Source: Yuukianura sp. NJ FZ-2021 (lineage: Eukaryota). From it: DNA of 64,000 nt. The stretch lies in contig CM102286.1 in the NCBI GenBank assembly GCA_046563655.1, positions 6,386,001-6,450,000 of the forward strand. The letters run 5' to 3'. Position 1 is the stretch's first letter. Each line of letters starts with the position of its first letter. Under the pieces are notes generated by a model that was not told the origin of the DNA, did not search any database, and saw only the letters and a program-made list of their open reading frames with translations. Both the position numbers and the translations under genes were made by a program. Shown piece by piece: positions 40,600 to 54,400 of this stretch.

Positions 40600-41745
40600 T
40601 CAAGAGTCCCATTTTTTCCATTCCATTCCATCAGGGGGACTGACTTCGACAGGCTTCTTACCAACTTCTTCCCAGTTGGTGCTCAGGACGGTGCCTCCGG
40701 ATTCTTGCTGTAATCGTAAATAACGTTTCGAGTATACTTTCAAATGCGTCGCAGAAATGGGATGTATATGAGTCTTTTTAGCGACGGCTCCACTTACCAT
40801 TGACTTCATCATAGCTCGTTTAGTATTTTCATCCCCAGATTCAAAAATTTTGGAGAAGAGGTTGTTGACATCGTCGCCCTCGGGTATCTCTTTTTCAATT
40901 TCCTTTTCAACCTTTCCCCAGTCTTTCTTGTTCTTCGAGGAAGTTGGATAGGAGGGTTTAATGTCTATATTCAGGTTTTGCAATGAAGTTAATTAATTAG
41001 TTTTTACTTGTAAATCTTAATGTGAGCTCTTCTGGATATGAATTACCAGTTGACGGTTCCACCTCCTTTGCTTCAACAGAGACCCAAGTACAGGATAAGG
41101 CTTTGCGCAAACGTATTTCAATCTGTCGGGACATTAGAAATCTGTTTTGGTATCAAGCAGATCGCCTTGTGTACTTATTTCAACATTGTTACTTTCAAAA
41201 TTATTACCTTCGTCGACAGGACCTTGTAGGAGCAAGAACTTGGGTTGATTGTGCTAAATAATTGAATAGACTCTGCGTAATCTGTCCCGTCTGCCAACTT
41301 TGCTTCGATGCTCAGCTACGAAATGCCAACATAATGTGAATGAGTAGTGAACGTTTCGTTACTTAGAAATATCATAGTTGTCATACGGTTTCAGCAGTGT
41401 ATTCCACTTTGACTTCTTCCTTCTTTAGGTTCTTTGCGAGAATGTTAACGACGACGTCCGTATCGGTCTGGTAAAAGTCTCGCTTGACTTTCGGAACTTG
41501 AGGTTGGGGAGGACTAGCCGGGAGCTTGCCGTTAGCTTCGCTATCAATGACCTACAAAGTGAATCGTATCAAGGCATCAGTTTTATTATCTGAAAGGCTC
41601 AATTCAGAACTCGAAAGCGTTTATTCTCGACTCTCACCTTGCTTTCACCAGCAACGGGAAGGACAACTGCTTCCTCTTTTGTATCACTTATTTTAACATC
41701 TTTGATGCCATTAGTAACTGCTTCCGAGGTATTTTGTGACTCCAT
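40600..41745 (-). CDS. SUGT1: SGT1 Hsp90 co-chaperone (CS + SGS domains, no TPR)
   Basis: CS domain (KRDFYQTDTDVVVNILAK...LSTKVIILK-like region) and SGS domain YPTSSKNKKDWGK...LFSKIFESGDENTKRAMMKSM/QESGGTVLSTNWEEVG...PPDGMEWKKW. ATG 41745 is preceded by an in-frame stop. Confidence 0.9.
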
Positions 41746-42969
41746 TTTATGCCAAAAGCTTTTGTTCAATTCGATGCGTTAAAGAGATGCTTACTCTCTG
41801 CAATTCAAAAAAAAATGTTATAAAACCAATTAACATTACCTCTCTTACATTAATTTTACCCTCTCAAAATGAAATGATGAGTTTGATTAGATTATTCTGG
41901 AATCTGGAATTTGGATCCACAGTAGTTTGAGTGAGAGCGAGTGAACGAAAACTTGGTTGGGTCTCCTAACAAGATCCACAGTAAGTAACTTAACTTTACA
42001 TCTACTGAGTCCTTACCTTTTAAATGTGCTGACCGCGACTGGTTGTTGACCTCTTCTTCAAAAAAAATACTTCTGCCTTTCGGCCCAAGCGTTGTTATCG
42101 ATTGCGTCTAAGAAATTTCAATTCAAGTTCAAAATTACTACAAAAATGACTAACTTTAACTTTTTGGAGTCGCAGCGGGACGAGTCATAATAATCATAGA
42201 ATTAGCCTTCCACATAACGCTGACCTAATACGTCAATTTTAAGAAAAAACAGAGCACCTAATGGAACCTTAATCTTAATAAAACCAACATTCCGCACATT
42301 TTGTGTAAATACTGTTTACAGTTATTAATGTTTCTGCTGTACAACAAAATTGTTGAAATATTATTATTGTTTTAGTCTTAAGTCAAATATATTTTAATTA
42401 GAGCCCATGAACGTCACAGTTGCAGCACCCATTTTCTCCAGCAGCTGTGAGTAAATTTTTGTGAGACCCCTCTGGGTTGTAATAAGGCTTAACGGACATT
42501 TTCTTAGTCTCATTGTGTATTGTGTATCCCCTTCACACTACACTATGCGGCAATTATTAATGTTGCAATTGTATGTTATGTCTACGTTGAATTGGCTACA
42601 TGAGTTGTCACTCGCAAGTAACAAATAGGCTCCGCATGAGCGTGCATGCGGAATACAGAATCGTGTGGTAACTATTCCTCAGCATCGGAAGCTTGATTTC
42701 GAAGCTTCCCAATTCTGAGGATTAGAGACGTTTTGTAGCCAAACAAAAAATGTAGGCGTGGCTAAACTTGGCAACAATTATGCTCGTTATTCCTTGTCTC
42801 AACGAATTCGGGCGTCGCCTTTGGTCGTACTTATATAGGTAGAAAAAAAATAAAATAAACCAGCTGACTTTGGCTAAACAGAATCTGGAGTTTGTTAGGT
42901 TCCTCTCTCCAGGAATAATTCAACGAACGATTAATTCGAGGTACTGTTTGGCTAAACATTGTTGGAGTG

Positions 42970-44060
42970 ATGTCAGGCAAGGACAAAATCGCCGTGTTTC
43001 CTTCCAGGGGGTAATTGTTTTTAATTCATGTTTCCAAAATAACGTCAAGCACATGCGTTGTCTTCTGAAAAATGGTGGAACCATATGATTTTGATTTTAG
43101 GGCACAGACGTTGATGAAGGGAAGGTTGATGGGAGCACAGAAGGGCCACAGCTTACTGAAGAAGAAGGCAGATGCACTCCAATTCAGATTTAGAGCAATT
43201 CTGAGCAATATTATTAAGGTAGGTTTCTATTCCAGGGTTACAAAACTTGAACGATTTCTTTGTGAAACAGGTATAAATGCTATGGTTTTATTTTAGACGA
43301 AGATGCTGATGGGAGAGGTTATGAAAGAAGCAGCATTTTCACTCGCTGAAGCAAAGTTTGCGTCAGGAGACTTCAATCATCAGATTCTCCAGAATGTATC
43401 AAAGGCACAGACAAAGGTAACGATAATCCACCTAAACCATACTTCCCGTATGTAAATCATGGAGTCCACTGAAATTATGTTTATACAGCTTTGTTTCCGT
43501 TTTAGGTGAAAACAAAGAGGGACAATGTGGCTGGTGTTAGTTTACCAATATTTGAGGCATACACGGAAGGAAGTGATTCCTATGAACTCACAGGACTTGC
43601 TCGAGGTGGACAGCAGCTAGCGAAGCTCAAGAAAAACTACCAGAAAGCAATAACGTTGCTGGTCGAGTTGGCTTCACTTCAAACATCTTTTGTTACGTTG
43701 GATGAAGCCATCAAGCTAACTAATCGTCGAGTTAACGCTATTGAGTATGGTAAGTAGCTTTCTTTCTGGTCATTCGTTTTAGTAAATTTAAGCAGTATTT
43801 CTCAAACTAATTAAATCATTGTTATTATAGTAATCATCCCCCGGATTGAACGAACATTGGCTTACATTATTTCGGAGTTGGATGAACTCGAACGAGAGGA
43901 ATTTTACAGATTGAAAAAAATTCAAGACAAAAAGAAAGCTGCTAGGAAGAAGACGGACCAAGCAAGGGAGGATTCGCGAGCGGCTGGATTAGATATTCCA
44001 GACACTGAACATGCAGCAAGCATACTGGACGAACATCATGATGAGGATCTTCTCTTCTAA
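42970..44060 (+). CDS. ATP6V1D: V-type proton ATPase subunit D
   Basis: [91 protein letters not shown]. Confidence 0.97.
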
Positions 44061-45576
44061 ATTGCCACTGGATGACTTGTGAATAGAGAGTCATTAATAC
44101 CCGGAAATCATATTTCAAGGGAAATCCTTTTTGTCCTAAAAGGTTTTTCTTAAATGTGAACGATCTGTGCTTACATAACCGTGTTAAAAACATTCCAAGT
44201 CAATTATCTTACTTCACGAGCGAACATATTCCTAAAAATGGCGTCGTTGTACTAGGTAGAAAATCATTTATAATAAGAAGAGTAACTCGCCAGGTAATGA
44301 CTCAGTATAATATGCGTATACTTGTACTGTGTACTCATTCATCGTTCTTGTCGTACATTTATTAGTTGAATAAAAGTAGATGAAACAAAATTCGGAATTT
44401 CCAGCTCTAAATTGGTTTCTTTTTTCAAAATGGTATGGTCTTGAGGAGATCTAACCCAACATAGGCCGTTAAAATGATTATTAATACATTACTACCTAAC
44501 TATAATTTAACAGTTTTATTATGCCATTGTAAAACGACGTGGCATACGTCTGCATAACGTAACACCGATGGTGTGAAGTAAGTTACATGGCCCCTCATTG
44601 TACCCCACTTAACAGAACTGTACATTTATGGTATCCCGAGCAGTATTAAATCAAAACGTGTCATTGTAGACGATCCCCCCTCGAGTTAAGGTTGGTTACA
44701 TAACTGACGGCTAAGTGACCACAAGTTACTTCGATCCACTTATGAAATCATCAATCTTATTTGCATTAATATTTTGGTCTTGCTTAGATTAACTTGTAAA
44801 TTGCATTAATCGCATAATTTGGGATTGAAAAGGCGTAAATGCTAAACTAGTGAATTTAACGTAACTAACCACCAAGAATTGCTAACGCACTGCATCGAAC
44901 CCACAATTGTTCGACCTACTAGCGATGTAACTCAAATCGAGTTGAGTACAATTGCGTTGTACCTTCCTTCCTTCAACCTCGCCTATTCACCTCTTAGCGT
45001 TTACCTACGGATGTTAAACCAAAATACATCAACAACGTTGCATAGTTCGTATTCCTACTACATTAATGTACGTCACAGCCGCAGTCCCATCATTTCTTCA
45101 TGGCTAAAACTGAAAATTTAACGGTATTGTTATATCCGAGTATGCTTTATGATGACACGGCTTATCAAGAGTAGGAGGTGATTCACCTTGTCACTCTAGA
45201 CTCATATAGCCTTATACCAGAAGAGGATTTGGACATATAACGTTCGGTATAACCTTATATAACGCATATATAAGGTGCTATAACGCAGCAGCTGCTACAA
45301 AGCGGATTTTCTCTGCGCTCTTGTTCCCTTCTGCTGGAAATTCCTATACATTTATTATCCGTGTCCAAATAAGTTTTACATTACGCATTCACAAGTTATC
45401 CAAGTACTAATTGAAGAAGAAGAACCAAATTGGAAACGATTTATGCTCGAATGCTCTTAATTTGTTTAGCAGCAGGATTTAACCATTGACTGAAGTAACG
45501 AACCGAACTACAGTCCGTCGTTCCACCTTCCATTTGTCCTTCCTTTTCTCCTTCACAAGATCCGTTGTGCTATTCC

Positions 45577-48500
45577 ATGCATCACGGGAATTCAAGGAGG
45601 AGCTCTGCTGGACAATTCTTCGCTGAAGACGATGAAGACTACCAGGGGTCAAGTCACACAACTGGGTCACGGGTTACGACCTTTTCATCGTTCGGTACGA
45701 CGGCCTCCAGACCTGTCCCACGAGGCAGATCAGCTTCTGAATCATTTGGAGAAAATGACTACAAGGAGGAAGTTGAGGTACATCTTATATTTAACTTTCG
45801 GATGAAAGCAATTGAAGGAGTTATGACAAACTAATTAAATGTTTTTTTTTGCTATTCATAAGGTTGCAGAACTTCTGACAAAAGCGGCAGTAACTACCAA
45901 TGACCAATCAAAGTTGGATTACTTGGCCAAAGTCAAAGAAATAATTGTAAACCGACAGCCGGCTCTGTTGGACAATTTCTTAGATGAAATGCTCAATTTT
46001 CAATTGGACAACATACCAAAAGTCCGTAGATACATCTTAGATTTTATTGAAGAAGCTTGGTAATTTTGTATAATCATTCGCAATCACAATTATCCCCAAC
46101 CGAAATGAGAGCGGAAGGTTCCTAATTCGTATTCCATCTCGTTTACAGCAAAACTGATCCGGAAACAATTCCAAAGATTCTCCACAATATGATGATGATG
46201 CTCAGTGATACAGTAGTGTCAGTCCAGAAGAAAGCAATTCAAGTTACTGCAAAAGTTTACAAAATGACGCTTGTGTGGTTATGTAAATCCAAAACAGTTA
46301 CTGATGAAATGGAGAGCGCTTGGATGACAGTCAATGACTTGAAAAGATTCATTATCAAACAAATCGACAGCGACAATGATGGGTTAGGCGGAATTTCTTA
46401 TTGAATTTGCTTCGACGACTTATTATAATACGCAGGAAATTATATCGAGTATTGGTGAATTTATTTATAGGATTCGGACACACACGGTGAAATTTATTGA
46501 AAGTGTTATATTGCTGCAAACCCCAACGGAACCAGATAGCGTCACGGTTCCAAATGGATTTTCTCTGGACAACGTTCCCATTACGCTAAAAGTCGCACGG
46601 CCTAGAAAGCTCGAAGAAGACGCAAGGTCAGCAGATTTATTAGTCGGAGTTGTTTATATAATTTTGTTTTTTATAGTTTAACCATTTCCTCATCATTGAA
46701 TTTACAGGAATCTATTTGATGAATTGCTGAAATTCCACGGTTCCAGACACGCTACAAGTGTAAATCTGATGACTTGCATGGGTTCTATAGTTATCATCGC
46801 GAAACTTAGGCCTCAGTTCATGGGAAGAGTTGTGGTCGCCATTGAGAAGCTGAATGGTAATTATAAATTGTTACTTTGTCCAGACGATTTATGGTATGAA
46901 TTCTCATGTTCTGTTTTTAGCAATTCTTCCACCAACTTTGGAGAGGTCCCAAGTACAGTCGGTGAGAAAGCACATGCGTGCCCAACTTATTGGGCTCCTG
47001 AGACATCCTCGGGCTATCGATTATTATGACAGCATCACTACACTTTTAACTGACCTTGGTGCTACCAACCACGATGTAAGTCTCAGTCTTTAGCAATTCT
47101 ATAGAGATTGCCGATATCAATTTTACCTGTTTGACGCACCTAACATTCTTCGGCGTCATATCGCAGATAATATCTTCTGGGTATTCTGGTCATAATTTTT
47201 TGTTTGATGAATATAGCTCAGTAAAGCTATACCAAATTGGGATGAAATGCGTTCTGAGCGTAGGAAGCGACATCGAGAAATGACTGAGGAGAAGGAAGAA
47301 ATCAACAAAAAGCGGCAAAAACTTTCGGCAGCTGCTGTTGATGAGGAAGCTGCAGATGAGCCGTCAGAGCCAATAGAAGAAGATTACGACGACGATGATG
47401 ATGATGATGATGATGAGTCATCGCCACAAGTACAGGAACCAGCGAAAAAGGTGTCCGATGGTGATGAATATGATGAAATGGAGACACTCCTGTTCAGTAA
47501 ACTAAACCCGGAAATGACGGCAAATCTTGTTATTGCATTTATGGTGAGCCCTTCAACACAAATGACTGAAATGTCTGACCTTTTCCACACCGTCATCTAT
47601 AATTTCCAGGACAAACTTCCGGACAATCTTCCAGCACATTTTATGTCTGCCTATACTCCAGTAGCAATAGCCGGGAAAGATACTCAAGTGCGACATGTTG
47701 CCCGTCTTCTGGCTGCACAAATTGTCGCTTACCAACATGGCCCAGGAGCAGCATTGCAAGGAGTATCTCGAGTAAACTTCTTCAGTTTTAACTGCGTTTT
47801 ACCTGCCAATGAAAGTTAAATTATAATTTGCTGACATTATTGTACTTCAGATGCAACAGAAAGGGGAAGCTCCAATTCCAACTCTTATAACAAGCCAAGC
47901 ACAGATTCCAGTTCCTGTCGCGCCTGTGCCAAAAGCGATTTTGGGAACTGGTGGAAAGAAGAAGGTTCTCAAAGCTCTCAAGTTGAGCGAAATAACGAAG
48001 CCAATGTCCGGTCAAGAGAAACAGAAACAAATGTTAAGTGCTCTAAAGAGAATTCTGGAGTGCGATGAACAGCTAACTGAAATGAAGTGTAAATTGGCAG
48101 CTTCGGTAGCTATTACAGGCTCCATCAACGTTAGAACTTGTAAGGCTTTTCTGTTTTTATTGGAACATAGCGAGATTCAATTTTAATTTGTATTTTTTTA
48201 TTTCAGTTCTTCTGCATTATATTCAGGAGGACGTCCGACATCGTCTTGATCTAGGTATCCATTGGTTGTTTGGCGAATACAGTCTGTCTCAAGGGTACTT
48301 GAGCTCAACGATTGGGAGTGCTTCTGAAGATAGGTAACTGGCTTCAACTACCATGCATTTAGACATCTAACGCCTAATCGGAATAGTTATGAAATCCTGT
48401 AATTGAAGGTATGAGTGGACATTCGTCAATCTGATGATGAGCGTTCTGGACTTTACGACGGAGGGAGAGAAGGCATCGTAAGTTTTCCGTCTTCTAAGAT

Positions 48501-50691
48501 TATGTCATGTTATACCGGTGTTTTACTTTCTCACTCTTCTTGTAGTTTGTCGTGGCGGTTATACATGGAACCTCCACAGATTCCAGACAAAGGTGTGGAA
48601 TTTCTCGAAAGGCTATGCAATATGGAATCGCAGTCCGCCAAAGCTTTGGAACTTTTGAAGGAATTGACGACTAAGCGGCCAAAGAAGTTACATTATCTCA
48701 GTATTTTGCTGGCTTTTTGTTCCCATGCATTTGAACCAGTACGAACTTGACATTTGACAATTTTTAGCAAAAACATGTCCTACACAGTATCATTAGTCAA
48801 GACTTACATAATTTTTTTTTTAGATCCGGACAAACGCTGTCAACTGTACTCTGGATTTGTACAAAACTGGGGAATCTGTAAAGATAATTGAAGATAAAGC
48901 CTTGAATTCTTACCTCTCATCACTGAAGCTCCAAAAACCACCAGAAATCCTGTTTATGGATGGTCTCGGACGTGAGCAAATGGAGCCGGAATGGACAGAG
49001 GAAATGGCACGAGCATCACTTCATCTCTACCTTGCTTTAGTTTCTGTCAAGAATGACTTGATCCATGAGTAATAAGTGAAGATTATATTCGTTACCGATT
49101 TCGGAGACGAAGATGTTGAGTTTACGGTTTGTTTTTGCGTTTCAGGTTGGCAAAAGTTTACGTAGAAACTCCTCCAGACGTGAAGCGTACAATACTGCGT
49201 GTCGTGGAGCAACCAGTTAGACAAATGGGTCCAGATTCAGTGGAGTTAATGAAACTTGTGGACACATTTCCAAAAGGATCAGAAACTCTTATAACCAGAA
49301 TCATTCATATCCTAACTGACAAGAGTGAGTTCATTTCCAAGCATGACATGACCGACTAATAATAGGATTAACAAATACATGATTTTGATTTGGTTGTTGA
49401 TTTAGCTCCTCCCAGTGCAGATCTAGTTGCACGAGTTCGGAATTTGTACAACAAAAGAATCTTTGATGTTCGGTTTCTGATACCGGTTTTGAATGGGTTA
49501 ACAAAACAGGAAATTATAACAGCCTTGCCTAAGCTCATTCAGCTGAATCCAAATGTCGTCAAAGAGGTAGACAGAGTTTCGTTAGATTAATGAAAACAGG
49601 TATGGAGGAGTTTGGTAATACTGTTGTTTTCCTGTTTCAATTTAGGTCTTCAATCGCTTATTGGGAATTCACGTGGATACTGCTAATCCTCAACAGGAAA
49701 GCCCAATCACTCCAGAGGAACTCATGGTCGAACTCCACCGTATGGATATTACGGGTAACAAGTGTGACATCAAAAGTGTGATTCGAGGTAACATCAAAAT
49801 ACATTTGTTCTTAATGGCTGAGCTCTTACAAAACCAATATTTCGTCGTTTCTAGCCACTTCTCTTTGTTTCGCCGAAGTGGATGTCTACACACAAGAAGC
49901 ATTGGCCAAAATCATCAACCAACTTGTAGAAATAAATCCCCTTCCGACATTGTTAATGCGAACTGTCATCCAGACTCTGAACCTCCATCCGAAACTCCTT
50001 GGTTTTGTTATGAATATACTAGCTCGATTGATTAGGAAACAGGTGAGGGGCAACGTTTGATTTTTATTTAAAGTATTCTTGTACTACTGTTTGAGACATG
50101 CATTTCCTAATTTCTCAGGTATGGGCTCAGCCCAAAGTTTGGGAGGGATTTGTGAAATGCTGTCAACGGACGTTGCCAAAGAGTATTCCCGTTCTTCTTA
50201 TGCTTCCAAATGCCCAACTAAAACAAGTTCTGGAAGATGAGAAGGATTTGCGACAGTCCACTGCAAACTACGTTATGGGATTGCCGGATCAACAGGTATT
50301 TGACTCTGTAGTTGGAGATAGGAAGGAACGAAGGAAGCATTCGGCTTGGCAATAATTTTGATATTATTTATTTTATATTTACAGAGAAGCCAAATACCGC
50401 AGTATGTTCAGGATATTGTTCTGAAAATCGGGATTTACCCGAAGACTGAATATTACGATTACGACAATGATGTTACAGAACTGTCTTCCTCCAACCATTC
50501 GTTCACGCCTTATTCAATTAAACGGGAACCTGTAAGTTAATGAACCATGTCAGTCTTAATTTGCAGAAACAGTGAGTCATTTCTTTCTAAATTATTTGTA
50601 TTTTTTTTTGCAGCGTTCACCCGGCAGGAGAGATTCAGATTCTAAATTCAAAACTGAACCATTGGACTACCACAATAACAACGACGATTAA
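45577..50691 (+). CDS. SYMPK: Symplekin (CPSF / histone-cleavage-complex scaffold)
   Basis: [67 protein letters not shown]...[56 protein letters not shown]; stop 50689-50691. Confidence 0.93.
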
Positions 50692-51489
50692 CATTTTGAG
50701 ACGAGCGCTTAAGGCTAAGCCGATCGGGATTCTGGGATCCATAAACATCGTACCTGCACAGTTCACAGAAAGCTTTTTGGTTCAGCTACTCATCGCAGTC
50801 TCTACTAATACTGAACTTTTGAACTTAATATTCTAAACAACTAAGGTAAACGTAATGGATTCATCAGTTTATATTTGTACTACATAGCAGTTTTTTGTAT
50901 TGTTAGTTGATCATCTAAACTCCATATAACCAAACCCAAGATTCAATGGTAGTTATTACAATTTTTTTTTTGAAATAATATCTCTGCATTGTCGTTCATT
51001 TAAGCAGAAACAGATCGAAAATGTGCTGCATAATATCGTCAGTACATGGGTGCAGCCTTTCTTTTATTTCAATCATAATTTCTCTGTGTAATTGGTAAAC
51101 ATATATAATTAAAATGATTTTTTAGGTAACACATCATCCCAGAATATATGTAATCCGTCTGTTGAATTAATTTTTATACGTGATTGCTTTAAGTTACAAA
51201 ATCCTAATTAAATACTCTAATAATAATGTAGCTTCTGCTGTTACAAACCCTTGCCTGGATATTTGCATTTAGTATCACAATTTGTTGTAATTTTGCTTTA
51301 CAGATTAATGTAAATGTATAGGTCCTAAAAATAAAAAAATAGTGTCAAAATTAAATTTTTTTAATAAAAATATTTGGTTCGACGCGTTTAAGTTCTATCA
51401 AGTCATATAGCCGCCAACGCAATAGCCACAATCCGCAAGCCGACAACGTCAAAAGTTGTGTCAAAAATACACGGTTTATAGGTTTACAG

Positions 51490-54400
51490 CAAATTTTTTG
51501 GAAATACTGCATTTTTTTTTAGCTCATTCGCAAAGAATTTACGTTTCTATCATTTCTGTTCCAAAGATACGAAACTTAACATTTTTAAAATTTCAAAAAC
51601 TTTCTGAATTAATTATTTTTTTTAACTTTCAAAAATTCATATCACGGGTACGGAATAACGGAAAGCGATAGATAGCTAACATAAATTTTCAAAATTTTAT
51701 TTTAATTTAAAAAAAACTTTAGAAATTCGTATCTTTGGAACGGAAAGCGATAGAGAGGTAAACTCTTCGCTCCTGAATTCACAAAAATATGCAGTATTTT
51801 AAGAAAATATAAAAAGGTACCCTCAGATTTTGACGAAATTTCGAAAAAATCCATGGACTATATATAGTCCATGGTTTTTTTCAAAATTTGACGAAAAACT
51901 TGATGTTCGATTTTGGAGTTTTCAAAATTTTTAAAAATTAGTCATGTTTTTTGAAAGTTTTTCGCGAAAAGATTAGGTCTCTATCGCGTTCCGTTCTCGA
52001 GATATAAATTTTCAAAATTTCATTTTAATTTTCAAAAACTTTCAAAATTCATAACTCGGGAACGGAAAGCGATAGAAAGGTAAACTCTTCGCCGCTGAAT
52101 TCACAAAAATAAATAGTATTTTTAGAAAATATAAAAAGGTACCCTCAGATTTTGACGAAATTTCGAAAAAATCCATGGACTATAGTCCATGGTTTTTTTC
52201 AAAATTTGACGAAAAACTTGATGTTCGATTTTGGAGTTTTCAAAATTTCTAAAATTTCTTCATCTGTTTTGAAAGTTTTTCGCGAAGAGATTAGGTCTCT
52301 ATCGCTTTCCGTTCTCGAGATATAAATTTTCAAAATTTCATTTTAATTTTCAAAAACTTTCAAAATTCATAACTCGGGAACGGAAAGCGATAGAAAGGTA
52401 AACTCTTCGCCGCTGAATTCACAAAAATAAATAGTATTTTTAGAAAATATAAAAAGGTACCCTCAGATTTTGACGAAATTTCGAAAAAATCCATGGACTA
52501 TAGTCCATGGTTTTTTCAAAATTTGACGAAAAACTTGATGTTCGATTTTGGAGTTTTCAAAATTTCTAAAATTTCTTCATCTGTTTTGAAAGTTTTTCGC
52601 GAAGAGATTAGGTCTCTATCGCTTTCCGTTCTCGAGATATAAATTTTCAAAATTTCATTTTAATTTTCAAAAACTTTCAAAATTCATAACTCGGGAACGG
52701 AAAGCGATAGAAAGGTAAACTCTTCGCCGCTGAATTCACAAAAATAAATAGTATTTTTAGAAAATATAAAAAGGTACCCTCAGATTTTGACGAAATTTCG
52801 AAAAAATCCATGGACTATAGTCCATGGTTTTTTTCAAAATTTGACGAAAAACTTGATGTTCGATTTTGGAGTTTTCAAAATTTCTAAAATTTCTTCATCT
52901 GTTTTGAAAGTTTTTCGCGAAGAGATTAGGTCTCTATCGCTTTCCGTTCTCGAGATATAAATTTTCAAAATTTCAATTTAATTTTCAAAAACTTTCAAAA
53001 TTCATAACTCGGGAACGGAAAGCGATAGAAAGGTAAACTCTTCGCCGCTGAATTCACAAAAATAAATAGTATTTTTAGAAAATATAAAAAGGTACCCTCA
53101 GATTTTGACGAAATTTCGAAAAAATCCATGGACTATAGTCCATGGTTTTTTTCAAAATTTGACGAAAAACTTGATGTTCGATTTTGGAGTTTTCAAAATT
53201 TCTAAAATTTCTTCATCTGTTTTGAAAGTTTTTCGCGAAGAGATTAGGTCTCTATCGCTTTCCGTTCTCGAGATATAAATTTTCAAAATTTCATTTTAAT
53301 TTTCAAAAACTTTCAAAATTCATAACTCGGGAACGGAAAGCGATAGAAAGGTAAACTCTTCGCCGCTGAATTCACAAAAATAAATAGTATTTTTAGAAAA
53401 TATAAAAAGGTACCCTCAGATTTTGACGAAATTTCGAAAAAATCCATGGACTATAGTCCATGGTTTTTTTCAAAATTTGACGAAAAACTTGATGTTCGAT
53501 TTTGGAGTTTTCAAAATTTCTAAAATTTCTTCATCTGTTTTGAAAGTTTTTCGCGAAGAGATTAGGTCTCTATCGCTTTCCGTTCTCGAGATATAAATTT
53601 TCAAAATTTCATTTTAATTTTCAAAAACTTTCAAAATTCATAACTCGGGAACGGAAAGCGATAGAAAGGTAAACTCTTCGCCGCTGAATTCACAAAAATA
53701 AATAGTATTTTTAGAAAATATAAAAAGGTACCCTCAGATTTTGACGAAATTTCGAAAAAAAATCCATGGACTATAGTCCATGGTTTTTTTCAAAATTTGA
53801 CGAAAAACTTGATGTTCGATTTTGGAGTTTTCAAAATTTCTAAAATTTCTTCATCTGTTTTGAAAGTTTTTCGAGAAGAGATTAGGTCTCTATCGCTTTC
53901 CGTTCTCGAGATATAAATTTTCAAAATTTCATTTTAATTTTCAAAAACTTTCAAAATTCATAACTCGGGAACGGAAAGCGATAGAAAGGTAAACTCTTCG
54001 CCGCTGAATTCACAAAAATAAATAGTATTTTTAGAAAATATAAAAAGGTACCCTCAGATTTTGACGAAATTTCGAAAAAATCCATGGACTATAGTCCATG
54101 GTTTTTTTCAAAATTTGACGAAAAACTTGATGTTCGATTTTGGAGTTTTCAAAATTTCTAAAATTTCTTCATCTGTTTTGAAAGTTTTTCGCGAAGAGAT
54201 TAGGTCTCTATCGCTTTCCGTTCTCGAGATATAAATTTTCAAAATTTCATTTTAATTTTCAAAAACTTTCAAAATTCATAACTCGGGAACGGAAAGCGAT
54301 AGAAAGGTAAACTCTTCGCCGCTGAATTCACAAAAATAAATAGTATTTTTAGAAAATATAAAAAGGTACCCTCAGATTTTGACGAAATTTCGAAAAAATC

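Noticed and set aside
45230..45290. Repeated TATAAC motifs upstream of symplekin
   Set aside because: Short, low-complexity and AT-rich; no function can be supported.
47385..47416. (GAC/GAT)n microsatellite
   Set aside because: Encodes an ordinary poly-Asp tract in the disordered linker of symplekin.
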